Notes: generated by a model from the sequence alone, not told the origin. DNA of 64,000 bases from Elusimicrobiota bacterium (GCA_043811535.1 JBDRNC010000039.1:92687-156686); one strand, 5' to 3'; positions 1 through 9,629 are shown, counted from the stretch's first letter. Program-made: numbers and translations.

Positions 1-877
1 GGTACGACGATCTGGACCGCGGGAAATTACTCTGGATATTCAGTCCTTCCTGCGTTTCAAACGCCTTATCGTATTTACCGGCTATTTTTCTTCTTATTCC
101 GACGAACTTATTGAGTTTTTTAAGCTGGCTGATACCAAGTGCACATTGAATATCTGTTATGCGGTAATTGTAGCCCAGTTCATGCATCTCGTAATACCAG
201 CCGCCGGGATTTTCGGTCAAAAGCCGCGGGTCCCTTGTTATGCCGTGCGTCCTGAACATCAATAATTTATTGTAGAGATCTTTTTTATTTGTCAGGACCA
301 TTCCGCCTTCTCCGGTCGTAATATGTTTTACTGCGTGAAAACTTAAGACAGTCATGTCGGAGTACCGGCACGAGCCTATCTTTTCCCCTTTATATTCGGC
401 CCCGATGGCATGGCAGGCGTCTTCAATAATCGTGATGCCTCTGCGCTTGGCGATTTTATGAATGTTTTCCATATCGCACGGAAGACCGCCGAAATGAACG
501 GGAATGATCAATTTGGTCCTTTTTGTTATCTTCTTTTCGATCTCGAGCGGGTCAACGCAGAACGTTCCGGGATCAATATCGGCAAAAACCGGTTTTACGC
601 CGCAATAAAGCATGCAATTCGCGGACGCGGCGAATGAAACGGGTGTTGTGATGCCTTCATCGCCTTTGCCCGCGCCGGCGGCAAGACACGCAATATGAAG
701 GGCGGAAGTCCCGCTGTTCACGGCTACGGCGAATTTAACGCCGCAGTATTCGGCGACAGCGCGCTCAAAAGCGCCAACCGCCGGTCCTTGCGTCAGGAAC
801 GGCGACTTCAAGGCTGTGCTTACGGCTTTTATGTCTCCGGAATCGATCCATTGAGTCGCGTACGGTATTTTTTTCAT
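1..877 (-). CDS. pseC: UDP-4-amino-4,6-dideoxy-N-acetyl-beta-L-altrosamine transaminase (DegT/DnrJ family), 3' end runs off the window
   Basis: Not in the ORF track. Manual translation from ATG at 877 gives MKKIPYATQWIDSGDIKAV...FLTQGPAVGAFE...AVAVNSGTSALHIAC...KPVFADID. The start overlaps the pseB stop (ATGA). Confidence 0.88.
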   Translation of the reverse strand, partial: MKKIPYATQWIDSGDIKAVSTALKSPFLTQGPAVGAFERAVAEYCGVKFAVAVNSGTSALHIACLAAGAGKGDEGITTPVSFAASANCMLYCGVKPVFADIDPGTFCVDPLEIEKKITKRTKLIIPVHFGGLPCDMENIHKIAKRRGITIIEDACHAIGAEYKGEKIGSCRYSDMTVLSFHAVKHITTGEGGMVLTNKKDLYNKLLMFRTHGITRDPRLLTENPGGWYYEMHELGYNYRITDIQCALGISQLKKLNKFVGIRRKIAGKYDKAFETQEGLNIQSNFPRSRSSY

Positions 878-1851
878 ATACTATTGAGAAGTTTCTTTAT
901 TTCCGCTATTGAAAGAAAATCCTTATTCGTGTTACTTGCGTATTTAAACCCTTCGGAAACATCCTTTCCGCTCGAATGAAAATCCTTGCTCCACCAGTGG
1001 AATGCCGGCTGTATGATGAAGCAATCATTAAGCTCCTTTGTGTTATAAGCGTCATCTTCTGAAATCATCACTTCGTGGAGCTTTTCGCCGGGCCTTATCC
1101 CAACGATTTCTGTTTTGCATTCGGGCGCGATCGCCTTGGCGAGATCGACTATGTTCGTGCTTGGTATCTTGGGCACGAAAATCTCTCCGCCTTCCATCCT
1201 TTCAAATGACTTGATGACAAACCTGACGCACTGTTCAAGAGTGATCCAGAATCTTGTCATCTCGGGATGGGTGATGGGAAGGATCCCCTTTTCTTTCTGT
1301 TCCATGAAAAAAGGAACAACGCTTCCCCTGCTTCCGATGACGTTGCCGTAGCGGACAACGCTGAATCTTGTCCCGTCCGCGCCGGAATAAGAGTTTCCCG
1401 CGACAAAAAGCTTATCCGAGCATAATTTTGTGGCGCCGTAGAGGTTTATCGGATTGCACGCCTTGTCGGTGCTGAGCGCGACGATTTTCTTGACGTTCCT
1501 GTCAAGAGCGGTTTCAATTATGTTCATCGCGCCGATAATATTCGTCTTTATCGCTTCTGTGGGGTTGTACTCCATGGAAGGGACCTGCTTAAGGGCGGCG
1601 GCGTGAACGACATAATCAACACCGTGAAACGCTCTCCATAATCTTTCTTTGTCGCGCACATCTCCGATAAAAAACCTTATATTCTTATACTGCGAGAACT
1701 GCCGCCTCATCTCAAACTGTTTGAACTCGTCGCGGCTGTAAACGATCAATTTCGCGGGTTTGTAGAAGTCCAGCGCGATCTTGGCGAATTTTTTGCCGAA
1801 AGATCCGGTGCCGCCCGTGACGAGGATTGTTTTTCCTTTGAAAATGCTCAT
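874..1851 (-). CDS. pseB: UDP-N-acetylglucosamine 4,6-dehydratase (inverting)
   Basis: GGTGSFG, SRDEFKQ, HAAALKQVP, LSTDKACNPINLYGATK, RYGNVIGSRGSV and GIRPGEKLHE motifs; adjacent to pseC. Confidence 0.93.
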   Translation of the reverse strand: MSIFKGKTILVTGGTGSFGKKFAKIALDFYKPAKLIVYSRDEFKQFEMRRQFSQYKNIRFFIGDVRDKERLWRAFHGVDYVVHAAALKQVPSMEYNPTEAIKTNIIGAMNIIETALDRNVKKIVALSTDKACNPINLYGATKLCSDKLFVAGNSYSGADGTRFSVVRYGNVIGSRGSVVPFFMEQKEKGILPITHPEMTRFWITLEQCVRFVIKSFERMEGGEIFVPKIPSTNIVDLAKAIAPECKTEIVGIRPGEKLHEVMISEDDAYNTKELNDCFIIQPAFHWWSKDFHSSGKDVSEGFKYASNTNKDFLSIAEIKKLLNSI

Positions 1852-1854
1852 AAA

Positions 1855-3003
1855 TCACTCCTTTGAAATGTTATCAGCGACTATATCCCAGAAGTATTTT
1901 TCCGGGGATCCCGAAGTTTTTATGTATTTATCCTTGTATTCGGAGTATTTGGAAGTGTTGACCGCGCGCTGCACGTTGATGTCGATATTCTTTATTGATG
2001 CGGCGTCTACCGGCGTTTTCCCGAGATTCTCCGCGAAATTCCTAATAAATCCGTAAAACACCTTGCTTTTTAATATCTCCGGCAGCATGAATATAACCGG
2101 CTTATTGAAAAGAACGGCGAAATTCAATGAAGTGCTTGCGTGAGTGACGACTATTTCTGCGTTCGCGACAAGATTGATCGTGTTTGACTGTATGATCTTG
2201 CGCCCGTTGAAACGGTTCCCCACTTTATCGTACCTGGCCCTGGGGTGCGCGGCTATGACAACCGGGATTTTAAGGAGTTTCTCCAGCTCCGAAAGCATGA
2301 GATTCACTTCATCGTAATACAAGGAAGGATCATTGAAAGGATTCTTGTAGGCGCCGGCGACGAGAAAATCCGGATGATATGGCAGATACTCGTCCAGAAA
2401 TACCGCGTAGCTCCCTTTCACTAGCGGTTCGGGCCTGTTGGCTTTGAATTCCAGATACAGGTCGTAGTCAAGAGTATGCCCCAATACCGTGACTGTGTCC
2501 TTGCCGGGACGCGGCAATGCCTCCAAAAATGCCCTTCCGCCGGCCAAAATGTAATCGGGGATCCTTATCTTCCTATATTTGAATTTTGTCATTGCCTGCG
2601 TAACGGCGTTATAAACTTTTCTTTTCAGGCTGGTCCTGGGAAAAGGCACGGCGTTTGTGTGCAAGCTCGCGTAAGGCAGACCGTATTTGGTCAACAGCTT
2701 AAAGACGGGATATGTTTCCTTTCTGCCGATCAGCAAATCAATGTATATTGTCTTTTCCCTGTCGCAGTTTTTCAGCGTTTGTTCAAGCTCCGCCAGCGAA
2801 GTGAATACGCGGGTATTTTTGCACTCAAAACGGTTGATTGTCACGGATTTTACGTAATCGGGATTCAAAATATCCGTAAGGTCAAAATATGAAACATTGA
2901 AACCGCGCGATTCAAGCAGGCGCGCGCCGAATCTCCTGTAATCCCTTTCGGATAAAGGCGTCGGGATGAGAAAATTAATGTTTTCAGGTTTCATATAAAA
3001 CAT
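1855..3003 (-). CDS. hypothetical protein, possible nonulosonic-acid transferase / capsule biosynthesis GT-B protein
   Basis: 382 aa with a C-terminal AAHPR and THASTSLNFAVLFNKPVIF segment resembling the HP and S-T motifs of sialyltransferase-like GT-B folds; cluster context. Confidence 0.5.
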   Translation of the reverse strand: MFYMKPENINFLIPTPLSERDYRRFGARLLESRGFNVSYFDLTDILNPDYVKSVTINRFECKNTRVFTSLAELEQTLKNCDREKTIYIDLLIGRKETYPVFKLLTKYGLPYASLHTNAVPFPRTSLKRKVYNAVTQAMTKFKYRKIRIPDYILAGGRAFLEALPRPGKDTVTVLGHTLDYDLYLEFKANRPEPLVKGSYAVFLDEYLPYHPDFLVAGAYKNPFNDPSLYYDEVNLMLSELEKLLKIPVVIAAHPRARYDKVGNRFNGRKIIQSNTINLVANAEIVVTHASTSLNFAVLFNKPVIFMLPEILKSKVFYGFIRNFAENLGKTPVDAASIKNIDINVQRAVNTSKYSEYKDKYIKTSGSPEKYFWDIVADNISKE

Positions 3004-3008
3004 TCCGG

Positions 3009-3890
3009 TTATTTATGTATGCAAGCTATCAGCGTGTCGCACTGCCCGATCGACGCCAATTGTTTTTCGTAAGCGGCGTGCAGGTCGGGTGAATCAAGAA
3101 AACTCCATTTCTGATGCCCGCCCGGAGCGTTGCAGGCCAGCCAGTGGAGATGATTTGAAAGCGGATATCTCTGGATCTGTTTGACGTATTTCACCTTATA
3201 GCCCGCCTGCCCGGCAAGTGTTTGCAGCGTTCCGGGCGTGAACAAGTACAGGTGGCAGCTCCAGTAGGTGAACAGTGAAAAGGCTTCGTTCTTGTAAAGG
3301 GCCAGGAGCGCGTCGTTGGCGTGCGGGACTTCAATTATGATCTGGCCGTCGTTAGAAAGGTATTTTGACAGGTTTTCAAGGACTTTGCGCGGGCCAGGGA
3401 GGTGTTCCAGCACATGGAACAGGGTGATCGTGTCGATCTTTTCATTTTTCGGGAGCTGCTCCAGTTTTTCGTATACCTTCAGGGAATTCCCGGTAAAATG
3501 CTGGCGCAGGCGTTTTTCGGGTTCTATGCCCATGGCGGAACGGCACAAATTCTTCGCTTTCATCAGGAACCCGCCGGCGCCGCACCCAAAATCCAGCAGG
3601 ACCTTATTTGTGATGAAAGGCTTGCAGAAATTGTAGCGCCGTTCATCGTCAAACTCTATCTCGTTGAGCCAGTGCCGTATCGCGACTTGATGATCCTGCC
3701 CGTGCATCTCGGAATTTGAATAAAACTCTTCATTGATGTGCGTCATCGGGTACAGATAGACAAGACCGCATCCGCCGCATTCAAAAACGCTGATGGAGCC
3801 GTTGTCTCTCACCTTGCCCGGGCGCTTAAAGTGTTTCTCGGAGCCACACAAATAGCAGAGCGGTTTTTCTGATTTAGCTTTGTTTGTCAT
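3009..3890 (-). CDS. class I SAM-dependent methyltransferase with N-terminal Zn-ribbon
   Basis: CYLC...CGGC, LLDFGCGAGGF, FHVLEH, IEVP motifs. Confidence 0.85.
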   Translation of the reverse strand: MTNKAKSEKPLCYLCGSEKHFKRPGKVRDNGSISVFECGGCGLVYLYPMTHINEEFYSNSEMHGQDHQVAIRHWLNEIEFDDERRYNFCKPFITNKVLLDFGCGAGGFLMKAKNLCRSAMGIEPEKRLRQHFTGNSLKVYEKLEQLPKNEKIDTITLFHVLEHLPGPRKVLENLSKYLSNDGQIIIEVPHANDALLALYKNEAFSLFTYWSCHLYLFTPGTLQTLAGQAGYKVKYVKQIQRYPLSNHLHWLACNAPGGHQKWSFLDSPDLHAAYEKQLASIGQCDTLIACIHK

Positions 3891-3911
3891 GTCAATCTCC
3901 TTGCACTGAAA

Positions 3912-4727
3912 TCAAAAACCTGTGGGCACGCCCCAGAATTCGCAGGCGCTGCAAAGCGGTATTTTCTTCCTGTTGCCTTCAACATGATATTTCAGCCATT
4001 CAAGCCGTTTGGGGCTGTTCCAGATATCCGACAGGGGTGTTTTCAGGCAATTGCCGAGTATGCCTGTTCCCTTGGGGTCAAAGCGGACGCATATGGAAAC
4101 GTCGCCGTTGCGGCGGATGACCATGTGGTTGAGAAAATCGAGGCAGATGCCTATTTCAGGGACCGTCGGATTCCTTTTTTGATAGTTAAAGCTTCCCATT
4201 GGAGAATGAAGAATGCGGGTGGCGATAGTACAGCCGAATTTTCTGTATTTTTCGATATCCATGTTACCGAGACACCTGATGATCACGTTCGGTTTCTTTG
4301 TTCCCTTGATCTTCAGGAATTTCTCTATCAGTTCGTACTGTTTTTCGCTCTCTTCATCGTTCTCAAACGTCGAGATAGTCAAGGTGTCCAGGTTATCTAT
4401 GATATCGCCGGCTCTCTCAACCATGAGTATGCCGTTAGTATCCATGCAGCGTATCTGCCTTTTAAAAAGCTGTGAAGCTTCCTTAAAACGGGGATACAGC
4501 AGGGGATCGCCGTTATTGTGCAGCTGAACGACTATACCGTCGGGCAATTGTTTTGCTATGCGCTCAACAAGACCGAATTCCATATCGCCGTATGACAGGG
4601 CTATCCCGGGGTAGTCCCTGTCCACCTTCCGCCTGCCGCACATCCAGCAGTTCTTGTTGCAGCGGTTCGTTAATTCAACATTGACAGTGGTTAATCCGTC
4701 GAAACATTTATTCATTTCTGTTTCCAT
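3912..4727 (-). CDS. radical SAM protein with SPASM/twitch domain
   Basis: ELTNRCNKNCWMC (CX3CX2C), GDPLL, and C-terminal C...GDVSIC...LGN...LSDIWNS...CSAC. Confidence 0.87.
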   Translation of the reverse strand: METEMNKCFDGLTTVNVELTNRCNKNCWMCGRRKVDRDYPGIALSYGDMEFGLVERIAKQLPDGIVVQLHNNGDPLLYPRFKEASQLFKRQIRCMDTNGILMVERAGDIIDNLDTLTISTFENDEESEKQYELIEKFLKIKGTKKPNVIIRCLGNMDIEKYRKFGCTIATRILHSPMGSFNYQKRNPTVPEIGICLDFLNHMVIRRNGDVSICVRFDPKGTGILGNCLKTPLSDIWNSPKRLEWLKYHVEGNRKKIPLCSACEFWGVPTGF

Positions 4728-4748
4728 GAGCGGCGCGCCCCGCCGGCA

Positions 4749-5414
4749 TTAAAGAGATTTTTTTCCGAAGCCGACAAGCATCAGTTCCCTTGACCATCTG
4801 AAGAATTTATTTTTTGTCCGGACCGGCACGAACGGCGCGATAATATCGCACAGAATATTCAGCGCGGGATACTTCCATACTGCGGGAAGCTGCCTGAATT
4901 TGAAGCATTTGACATCGGTAAATCCGTGTATCTTGTAGATATCTTCAAGCGAATATTTTGTGAATGGCGTCCTGTGGGAATAGTCATCGAAATATATCTT
5001 GTAATTGGCTTCCCAATCGGGGACAAGCGTGAGCATTATTCCGCCCGGCTTCAGGATCCTGTACGCCTCCTTCATGTACTTTTCGGGATAGTAGAGATGC
5101 TCAATGAAGGATTTTGAATAAACGACGTCAAAAACCGAATCCCCGAACGGTATCCCCTCTTTTTCGATGTCGCATATCTTGATCGACAAATCCGGCTGGT
5201 ACTTTGCCGCGCTTTCAACGATATCTATTCCGGAAACGTCAAGGCCGGCGTCCTTAAAGTGCCTCAAGTGTTCCCCTCTGCCGCAGCCAGCCTCAAGGAA
5301 CTTTGAGCCTTTTTTTATGTTAAAGGCGTTTATCAAATAATTGCACAGCCTCGCGGGATAATCCGTGTAGGGCCTTTGCTTCTCATCATAAACGACTTTC
5401 AAATAATCAGCCAT
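4749..5414 (-). CDS. class I SAM-dependent methyltransferase
   Basis: FLEAGCGRG, FDVVYS, RILKPGG motifs. Confidence 0.87.
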   Translation of the reverse strand: MADYLKVVYDEKQRPYTDYPARLCNYLINAFNIKKGSKFLEAGCGRGEHLRHFKDAGLDVSGIDIVESAAKYQPDLSIKICDIEKEGIPFGDSVFDVVYSKSFIEHLYYPEKYMKEAYRILKPGGIMLTLVPDWEANYKIYFDDYSHRTPFTKYSLEDIYKIHGFTDVKCFKFRQLPAVWKYPALNILCDIIAPFVPVRTKNKFFRWSRELMLVGFGKKSL

Positions 5415-5415
5415 T

Positions 5416-5853
5416 TTATATTTCCTCTACGACTTCGAGTATTATCCCGTCCGGATCGTGGCAGTACATCACCTTTGCGCGTCCGTCCGGCGACAACTGA
5501 GGCTTATTGACGCAGTGATATCCGCGTTTCTTCATTTTATCGTAAAACGTGCCGATATTGTCTACGGTGAACGCCACGTGCGAGCAACCGGGTTTATCTG
5601 ACCTGTAATTGGAAACCCTTTTTTTCGGCCCTTTCTTATTCATATACTGCAATAACTCTATCACCGAGCCGTTCCCGGCCTTCAGCTTCGCCCATTTTAT
5701 CTTTACGTTCCGGATCCCGACGACTTTTTCAATATAAGCGCCTTTTTCGGCGCGGGTCTTCCACAGCTTCATGCCGAGGAAGTCCCTGTAGAACCTTATG
5801 GAATTCCTTAAATTCTTGACTACAAGGCCGGTATGGCGGATATTCAGCATCAT
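5416..5853 (-). CDS. VOC (glyoxalase/methylmalonyl-CoA epimerase-like) family protein
   Basis: HTGLVV...FYRDFLG...IELLQY...HVAFTVD...DPDGIILE metal-ligand pattern. Confidence 0.85.
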   Translation of the reverse strand: MMLNIRHTGLVVKNLRNSIRFYRDFLGMKLWKTRAEKGAYIEKVVGIRNVKIKWAKLKAGNGSVIELLQYMNKKGPKKRVSNYRSDKPGCSHVAFTVDNIGTFYDKMKKRGYHCVNKPQLSPDGRAKVMYCHDPDGIILEVVEEI

Positions 5854-7232
5854 TTTGTTCCTATACTTTCATTTATTGATTCCTCAAAAACGGCGAGCCC
5901 TTCAAGGAGCGCGGCCTTATTAATGGAAAGCGGCGGCCCGAGTTTAATTGATTCGCGCCCGGTATGGACCACGATAAGCCCTTTCTGCATGCATTTCTCC
6001 GCTATCTTGTCGCATAGAGACGACAGCGGTTTGCCTGCGGGATCAGTGAAAACTACTCCGGCAACCAATCCCTTGCCGAGTATATAACTCATATGTTTCG
6101 GATAACGGTTCTTGATCTCATTAAGACGCTCATGGAACAACACTCCCAGTTTTCTGGAATTTTCGATTAGACCGTCCTTCAGCAGGGCCTCAAGGTTCGC
6201 CTTCCCCGCGGCGCACGTCATCGGGTTAGCCGAATGAGTCGAGCTCATCGAGCCGATATCGGCGACATCCATTATCTTCCTGCTTCCGAGCACAATCGAA
6301 AGCGGCAGGCTGGAGCTCGCTCCCTTGCCGCAGCAGATAATATCCGGTTTGACGCCGTAATGCATGTAGCCGAACAATTTTCCTGTTCTGCCAAAACCCG
6401 CCTGCATTTCATCGAATGCGAGCAGGATACCGTTCATTCGCGCGAATCGTTCGATCTCCTTTACGAATTCGACGGGATAGAATACGGCTCCCCAGCCCTG
6501 GAAGGTCTCGAGCATGAAGCCGCAGATATCCTTCTTCGGGTCGAGTTTCTTTGTTTTCAGCAGGCGTTCAAGGTTATCGCGGAAATACTTCCGCGGGTTC
6601 TTCACCGCTTCTTTTCTCCAGGGATACGGGAAGGGCAGGTGGTATATGTTCGGGTCCAGATATCCGATCCATTCCTTCTGTTTCGGGTTGTAGCTCAGCA
6701 TCTGGGCGCCCATTGTGCGGCCGTGCCAGTTCCCTTCGAAGGCGATGATGCCGGGGCGTCTTTTCCCGTTTTTCCGGCCGGTCATGCGCATTAATTTAAG
6801 GCCCGTTTCCGTTGCTTCGGTGCCGGCGGATATGAGGTATGCCTTTTCAAATTGCTTAGGTGTATTTTCAATAAGGTATTTTAGGTATTCGGCTCTTTCA
6901 CGGCTGGCGTACGTATACGTGTGCAGGAGAGGTTTCTTCAGGGTTTTCTCTACGGCGCTGATTATCCTCTTGTTGCCGTGACCCGCGTTGGTTACGAAAA
7001 TCGTGCTCGTAAAATCGATCCATTTATTACCCCAAAAATCGTGTACCTGAAAACCTTCGGCCTTTTTCCAGACTATCGGGAGCTGGCCGTGCATTGAGGT
7101 TGATTCATATTTATCTATCATTTTCAGTATCTTCAGGCTTCGGGGAACCGGTATCTTCGTCGCGATCCTGCGAAACCTAGTATTTATTGTTGGAACTTTC
7201 TTCGGAGTTGTGCTGAAATTGTGGCCGGGCAT
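5850..7232 (-). CDS. class III PLP-dependent aminotransferase
   Basis: GNKWIDF, AGTEA, WHGRT, FDEMQAGFGRTG, PDIICCGKG (PLP lysine), STHSANP. Confidence 0.9.
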   Translation of the reverse strand: MPGHNFSTTPKKVPTINTRFRRIATKIPVPRSLKILKMIDKYESTSMHGQLPIVWKKAEGFQVHDFWGNKWIDFTSTIFVTNAGHGNKRIISAVEKTLKKPLLHTYTYASRERAEYLKYLIENTPKQFEKAYLISAGTEATETGLKLMRMTGRKNGKRRPGIIAFEGNWHGRTMGAQMLSYNPKQKEWIGYLDPNIYHLPFPYPWRKEAVKNPRKYFRDNLERLLKTKKLDPKKDICGFMLETFQGWGAVFYPVEFVKEIERFARMNGILLAFDEMQAGFGRTGKLFGYMHYGVKPDIICCGKGASSSLPLSIVLGSRKIMDVADIGSMSSTHSANPMTCAAGKANLEALLKDGLIENSRKLGVLFHERLNEIKNRYPKHMSYILGKGLVAGVVFTDPAGKPLSSLCDKIAEKCMQKGLIVVHTGRESIKLGPPLSINKAALLEGLAVFEESINESIGTK

Positions 7233-7978
7233 TATCTGCCTCCGTTCGGAAAATGCTTTTTCAGGTAATCAAGAAGAACGCTTCCGTTCCTTTTCAGCTC
7301 GTATTCCAGATAATCGAAATCTTCCATGGAATCCACTTCAACGCAGAACGGGGATTCAAAGCCTATCATTTTGTCGCCGTGGAGCAGGTTGTTTTTCATG
7401 ATGAACGATGCCTTAAGAACGTCCACGTATCCGTCCGGAATGTAAGCGTCCGGGAAGCCCTGGCGGGCCGAATTGGCTTCATCCGTGGTCAATCCTTTCA
7501 GAAGAGGCACGAAATATCCTTCCTTGTCCTTTTTGAACCATTTAAAAGGCGATTCCGGGGCGATATGTCCCGACCTCAGCGACGTTGCGGCCGGATTCTT
7601 TACAATCTCATTAATAGCCTTATCGATTATTTTATGGTCGCGCAAGGGAGTCGTGGGACGCAGGTGGGCCCAGTATTCGGGAACCTGCTTCTCATTCTTG
7701 CCGAACCAGTCGAGCGCGTGAAGCATGAAATCCAGGTCCGTTGATTTATCACCGGCAAGCTCCGCGGGCCTCCTGAAAGGCGCTTCGGCGCCGTATTTGA
7801 CCGAAATATCAGCAATTTCGTCGGAATCTGTGGAAACGATAATCCTGTCAATTCCAGCTGAAAGCTTCGCGGCAATAATGGAATAGGCGATTAGCGGATA
7901 TCCGGCAAGCAGACGGATATTCTTTCCCGGCACGCCTTTTGAACCACCCCTGGCTGGTATTATCGCGGCAGCTTTCAT
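7232..7978 (-). CDS. acylneuraminate (nonulosonate) cytidylyltransferase, NeuA/PseF family
   Basis: IIPARGGSKGVPGKN, VSTDS, PFRRPAELAGD, LRPTTPLR, EVDSMEDF. Confidence 0.9.
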   Translation of the reverse strand: MKAAAIIPARGGSKGVPGKNIRLLAGYPLIAYSIIAAKLSAGIDRIIVSTDSDEIADISVKYGAEAPFRRPAELAGDKSTDLDFMLHALDWFGKNEKQVPEYWAHLRPTTPLRDHKIIDKAINEIVKNPAATSLRSGHIAPESPFKWFKKDKEGYFVPLLKGLTTDEANSARQGFPDAYIPDGYVDVLKASFIMKNNLLHGDKMIGFESPFCVEVDSMEDFDYLEYELKRNGSVLLDYLKKHFPNGGR

Positions 7979-8829
7979 CTCGCGCTTTCTCCTTCAAGCG
8001 GGATATGCGCCCTCAGTTTCTTCGCGATTGGCACTTCTTTGGGATGTATCACGACTTTCCCGTCACCCATGGCTTTTTCGATCTTTCTGATGGCGCCCAC
8101 CAAGCTCCGCAGTCCGGCCGGTTCTATTGATGCCGCCTGATCGGAGCCGTACATCGCTCTGTCCAGGGTTATGTGCCTTTCAAGAGAAGTGATGCCAAGA
8201 GCCGCCGCCGCGTATGACACGGCAAGTCCCACTTCATGCCCGCTGTACCCTACGTCGCATTTATAGCGGTCTTTCAGCGTCTGTATGCAATTAAGGTTCG
8301 CGTCCTCGTCGTCCATCGGATAAGTTGAAAGGCAGTGCATGAGCTCGAAAGGGCAACTCGCTGCCTTAAATATTTCGACGGCACGGTCGATCGCCTTGAA
8401 ATCGCTCATCCCGGTAGAGATGAATGTGTATTTTTTTTCGGACGCGACCTCTTTCAGCAAGTTCTCGAAAACAAGCATCGCGGACGCCACTTTATTGTAT
8501 TTGCAGTTAAACTGGCGCAGGAATTTCTGGCTTTCGATGTCCCACGCCGAAGCGAACCATTCAATGCCTATCTCCTTGCAGTACCTGTCTATTTCCTTGT
8601 ATTCTTTCAGGCCGAATTCAAGTCCTTCTTTCTGCGCGCGTTGCGTTTTTCCCCACGGGCTTTCTCTTAATGAATCCAATAATTCTTTCGTGTAAACCAG
8701 GTCGATAGTGCGTTTCTGGAACTTCACGGCGTCGCAGCCGGCGTCCTTCGCGACCTTGATCAGTTCTTTGGCGATACCAATATCGCCGTTGTGATTGATA
8801 CCCGCTTCCGCAATGATGAAAATTGACAT
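7975..8829 (-). CDS. N-acetylneuraminate/nonulosonate synthase (NeuB/PseI family), lacking C-terminal SAF domain
   Basis: IIAEAGINHNGD, DAVKFQKR, ISTGMS, GYSGHE, ERHITLDR, GSDQAAS. Start moved to ATG at 8829 behind a GGAG RBS. Confidence 0.9.
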   Translation of the reverse strand: MSIFIIAEAGINHNGDIGIAKELIKVAKDAGCDAVKFQKRTIDLVYTKELLDSLRESPWGKTQRAQKEGLEFGLKEYKEIDRYCKEIGIEWFASAWDIESQKFLRQFNCKYNKVASAMLVFENLLKEVASEKKYTFISTGMSDFKAIDRAVEIFKAASCPFELMHCLSTYPMDDEDANLNCIQTLKDRYKCDVGYSGHEVGLAVSYAAAALGITSLERHITLDRAMYGSDQAASIEPAGLRSLVGAIRKIEKAMGDGKVVIHPKEVPIAKKLRAHIPLEGESAR

Positions 8830-8848
8830 TTTCGACTCCTTGAACACC

Positions 8849-8966
8849 TTATGTGTTCCTATTAGATTGCCTTATGTGAAATCCGCCGTGGCGGATTGAC
8901 ACCTGCTTTATGTGTTCCTATTAGATTGCCTCATGCGACCCCGCCGTTGGCGGGGGGACACCTGCC
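8849..8966. repeat. imperfect ~59-bp tandem duplication, each unit containing a GC-rich hairpin
   Basis: ttatgtgttcctattagattgcct...ccgccg(t/tt)ggcgg...gacacctgc occurs twice, with units starting at 8849 and 8908. Confidence 0.9.
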
Positions 8967-8977
8967 TGCCAAAAATA

Positions 8978-9517
8978 CTATGCCCCGTAATAGAAAAGAC
9001 CCGATTCGGCAAGATAATGAGTCAGGTCTATTGTCTGCTGCGCGTCTTTTGACTGGAAAATCAGCTCCGCTGTATCTGTTTTCCCCGTATGCTTTATTCT
9101 ATGGTATTTAATTTCGGGATTGGCCAGATTCTGGAAGGCTATTTCCGTGATATCGGCCAGGTCGGCGTCGCCGGATATGGTGAATTCTTTCACGCCTTCC
9201 TTGAAGTGTATGGTGATCAGTTCCTGCAGTTTCTGCTTGGTTGACTTGAAAAGACTGATGGTTTTAAGCGTGAAATTATAGGACTTTCTGGCTTTCTCGC
9301 TGAAACCCTTTGAAGTCAAAATGTATTGAATTTTCTTCTGGTTCAGTTGTTTCGCCTTGATATACCCCCTCTTGATAAGGCGCTTAATGATAAGGTTTGT
9401 CAGGCCGAGCGAAATCCCCGTCCTGTTAGCGAGCATCCGCTGGTCGGGAAGGTGGTTCTTGTGTATCTCTGAAATGATAGCGAATTCTTTTTCGGATATT
9501 TCAATATTGTTGCCCAT
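8978..9517 (-). CDS. MarR-like winged-HTH transcriptional regulator (polysaccharide-locus-associated type)
   Basis: QRMLANRTGISLGLTNLIIKRLIKRGYIK...YILTSKGFSEK. Start moved to ATG at 9517 behind AAGGAG. Confidence 0.88.
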   Translation of the reverse strand: MGNNIEISEKEFAIISEIHKNHLPDQRMLANRTGISLGLTNLIIKRLIKRGYIKAKQLNQKKIQYILTSKGFSEKARKSYNFTLKTISLFKSTKQKLQELITIHFKEGVKEFTISGDADLADITEIAFQNLANPEIKYHRIKHTGKTDTAELIFQSKDAQQTIDLTHYLAESGLFYYGA

Positions 9518-9583
9518 GTTCACTCCTTGAACGATTAGTGTTCAACTATTGAACAGTATAACTCAAAATACAAGGATTGTCAA
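9517..9583 (-). promoter_or_regulatory. sigma70-type promoter with two palindromic operator-like sites
   Basis: Minus strand TTGACA (9583-9578), 17 nt, TATACT (9560-9555). Perfect inverted repeat TGTTCAA-n3-TTGAACA at 9539-9555 and a degenerate copy at 9517-9533 over the RBS. Confidence 0.85.
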
Positions 9584-9629
9584 GAGGTTTTTAAGAAAAA
9601 AATAGCGGGATTAGAAGGGAATATACGGA

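Noticed and set aside
8849..8966. CRISPR mini-array
   Set aside because: Only two units, the would-be spacers are homologous to each other, and there are no cas genes.
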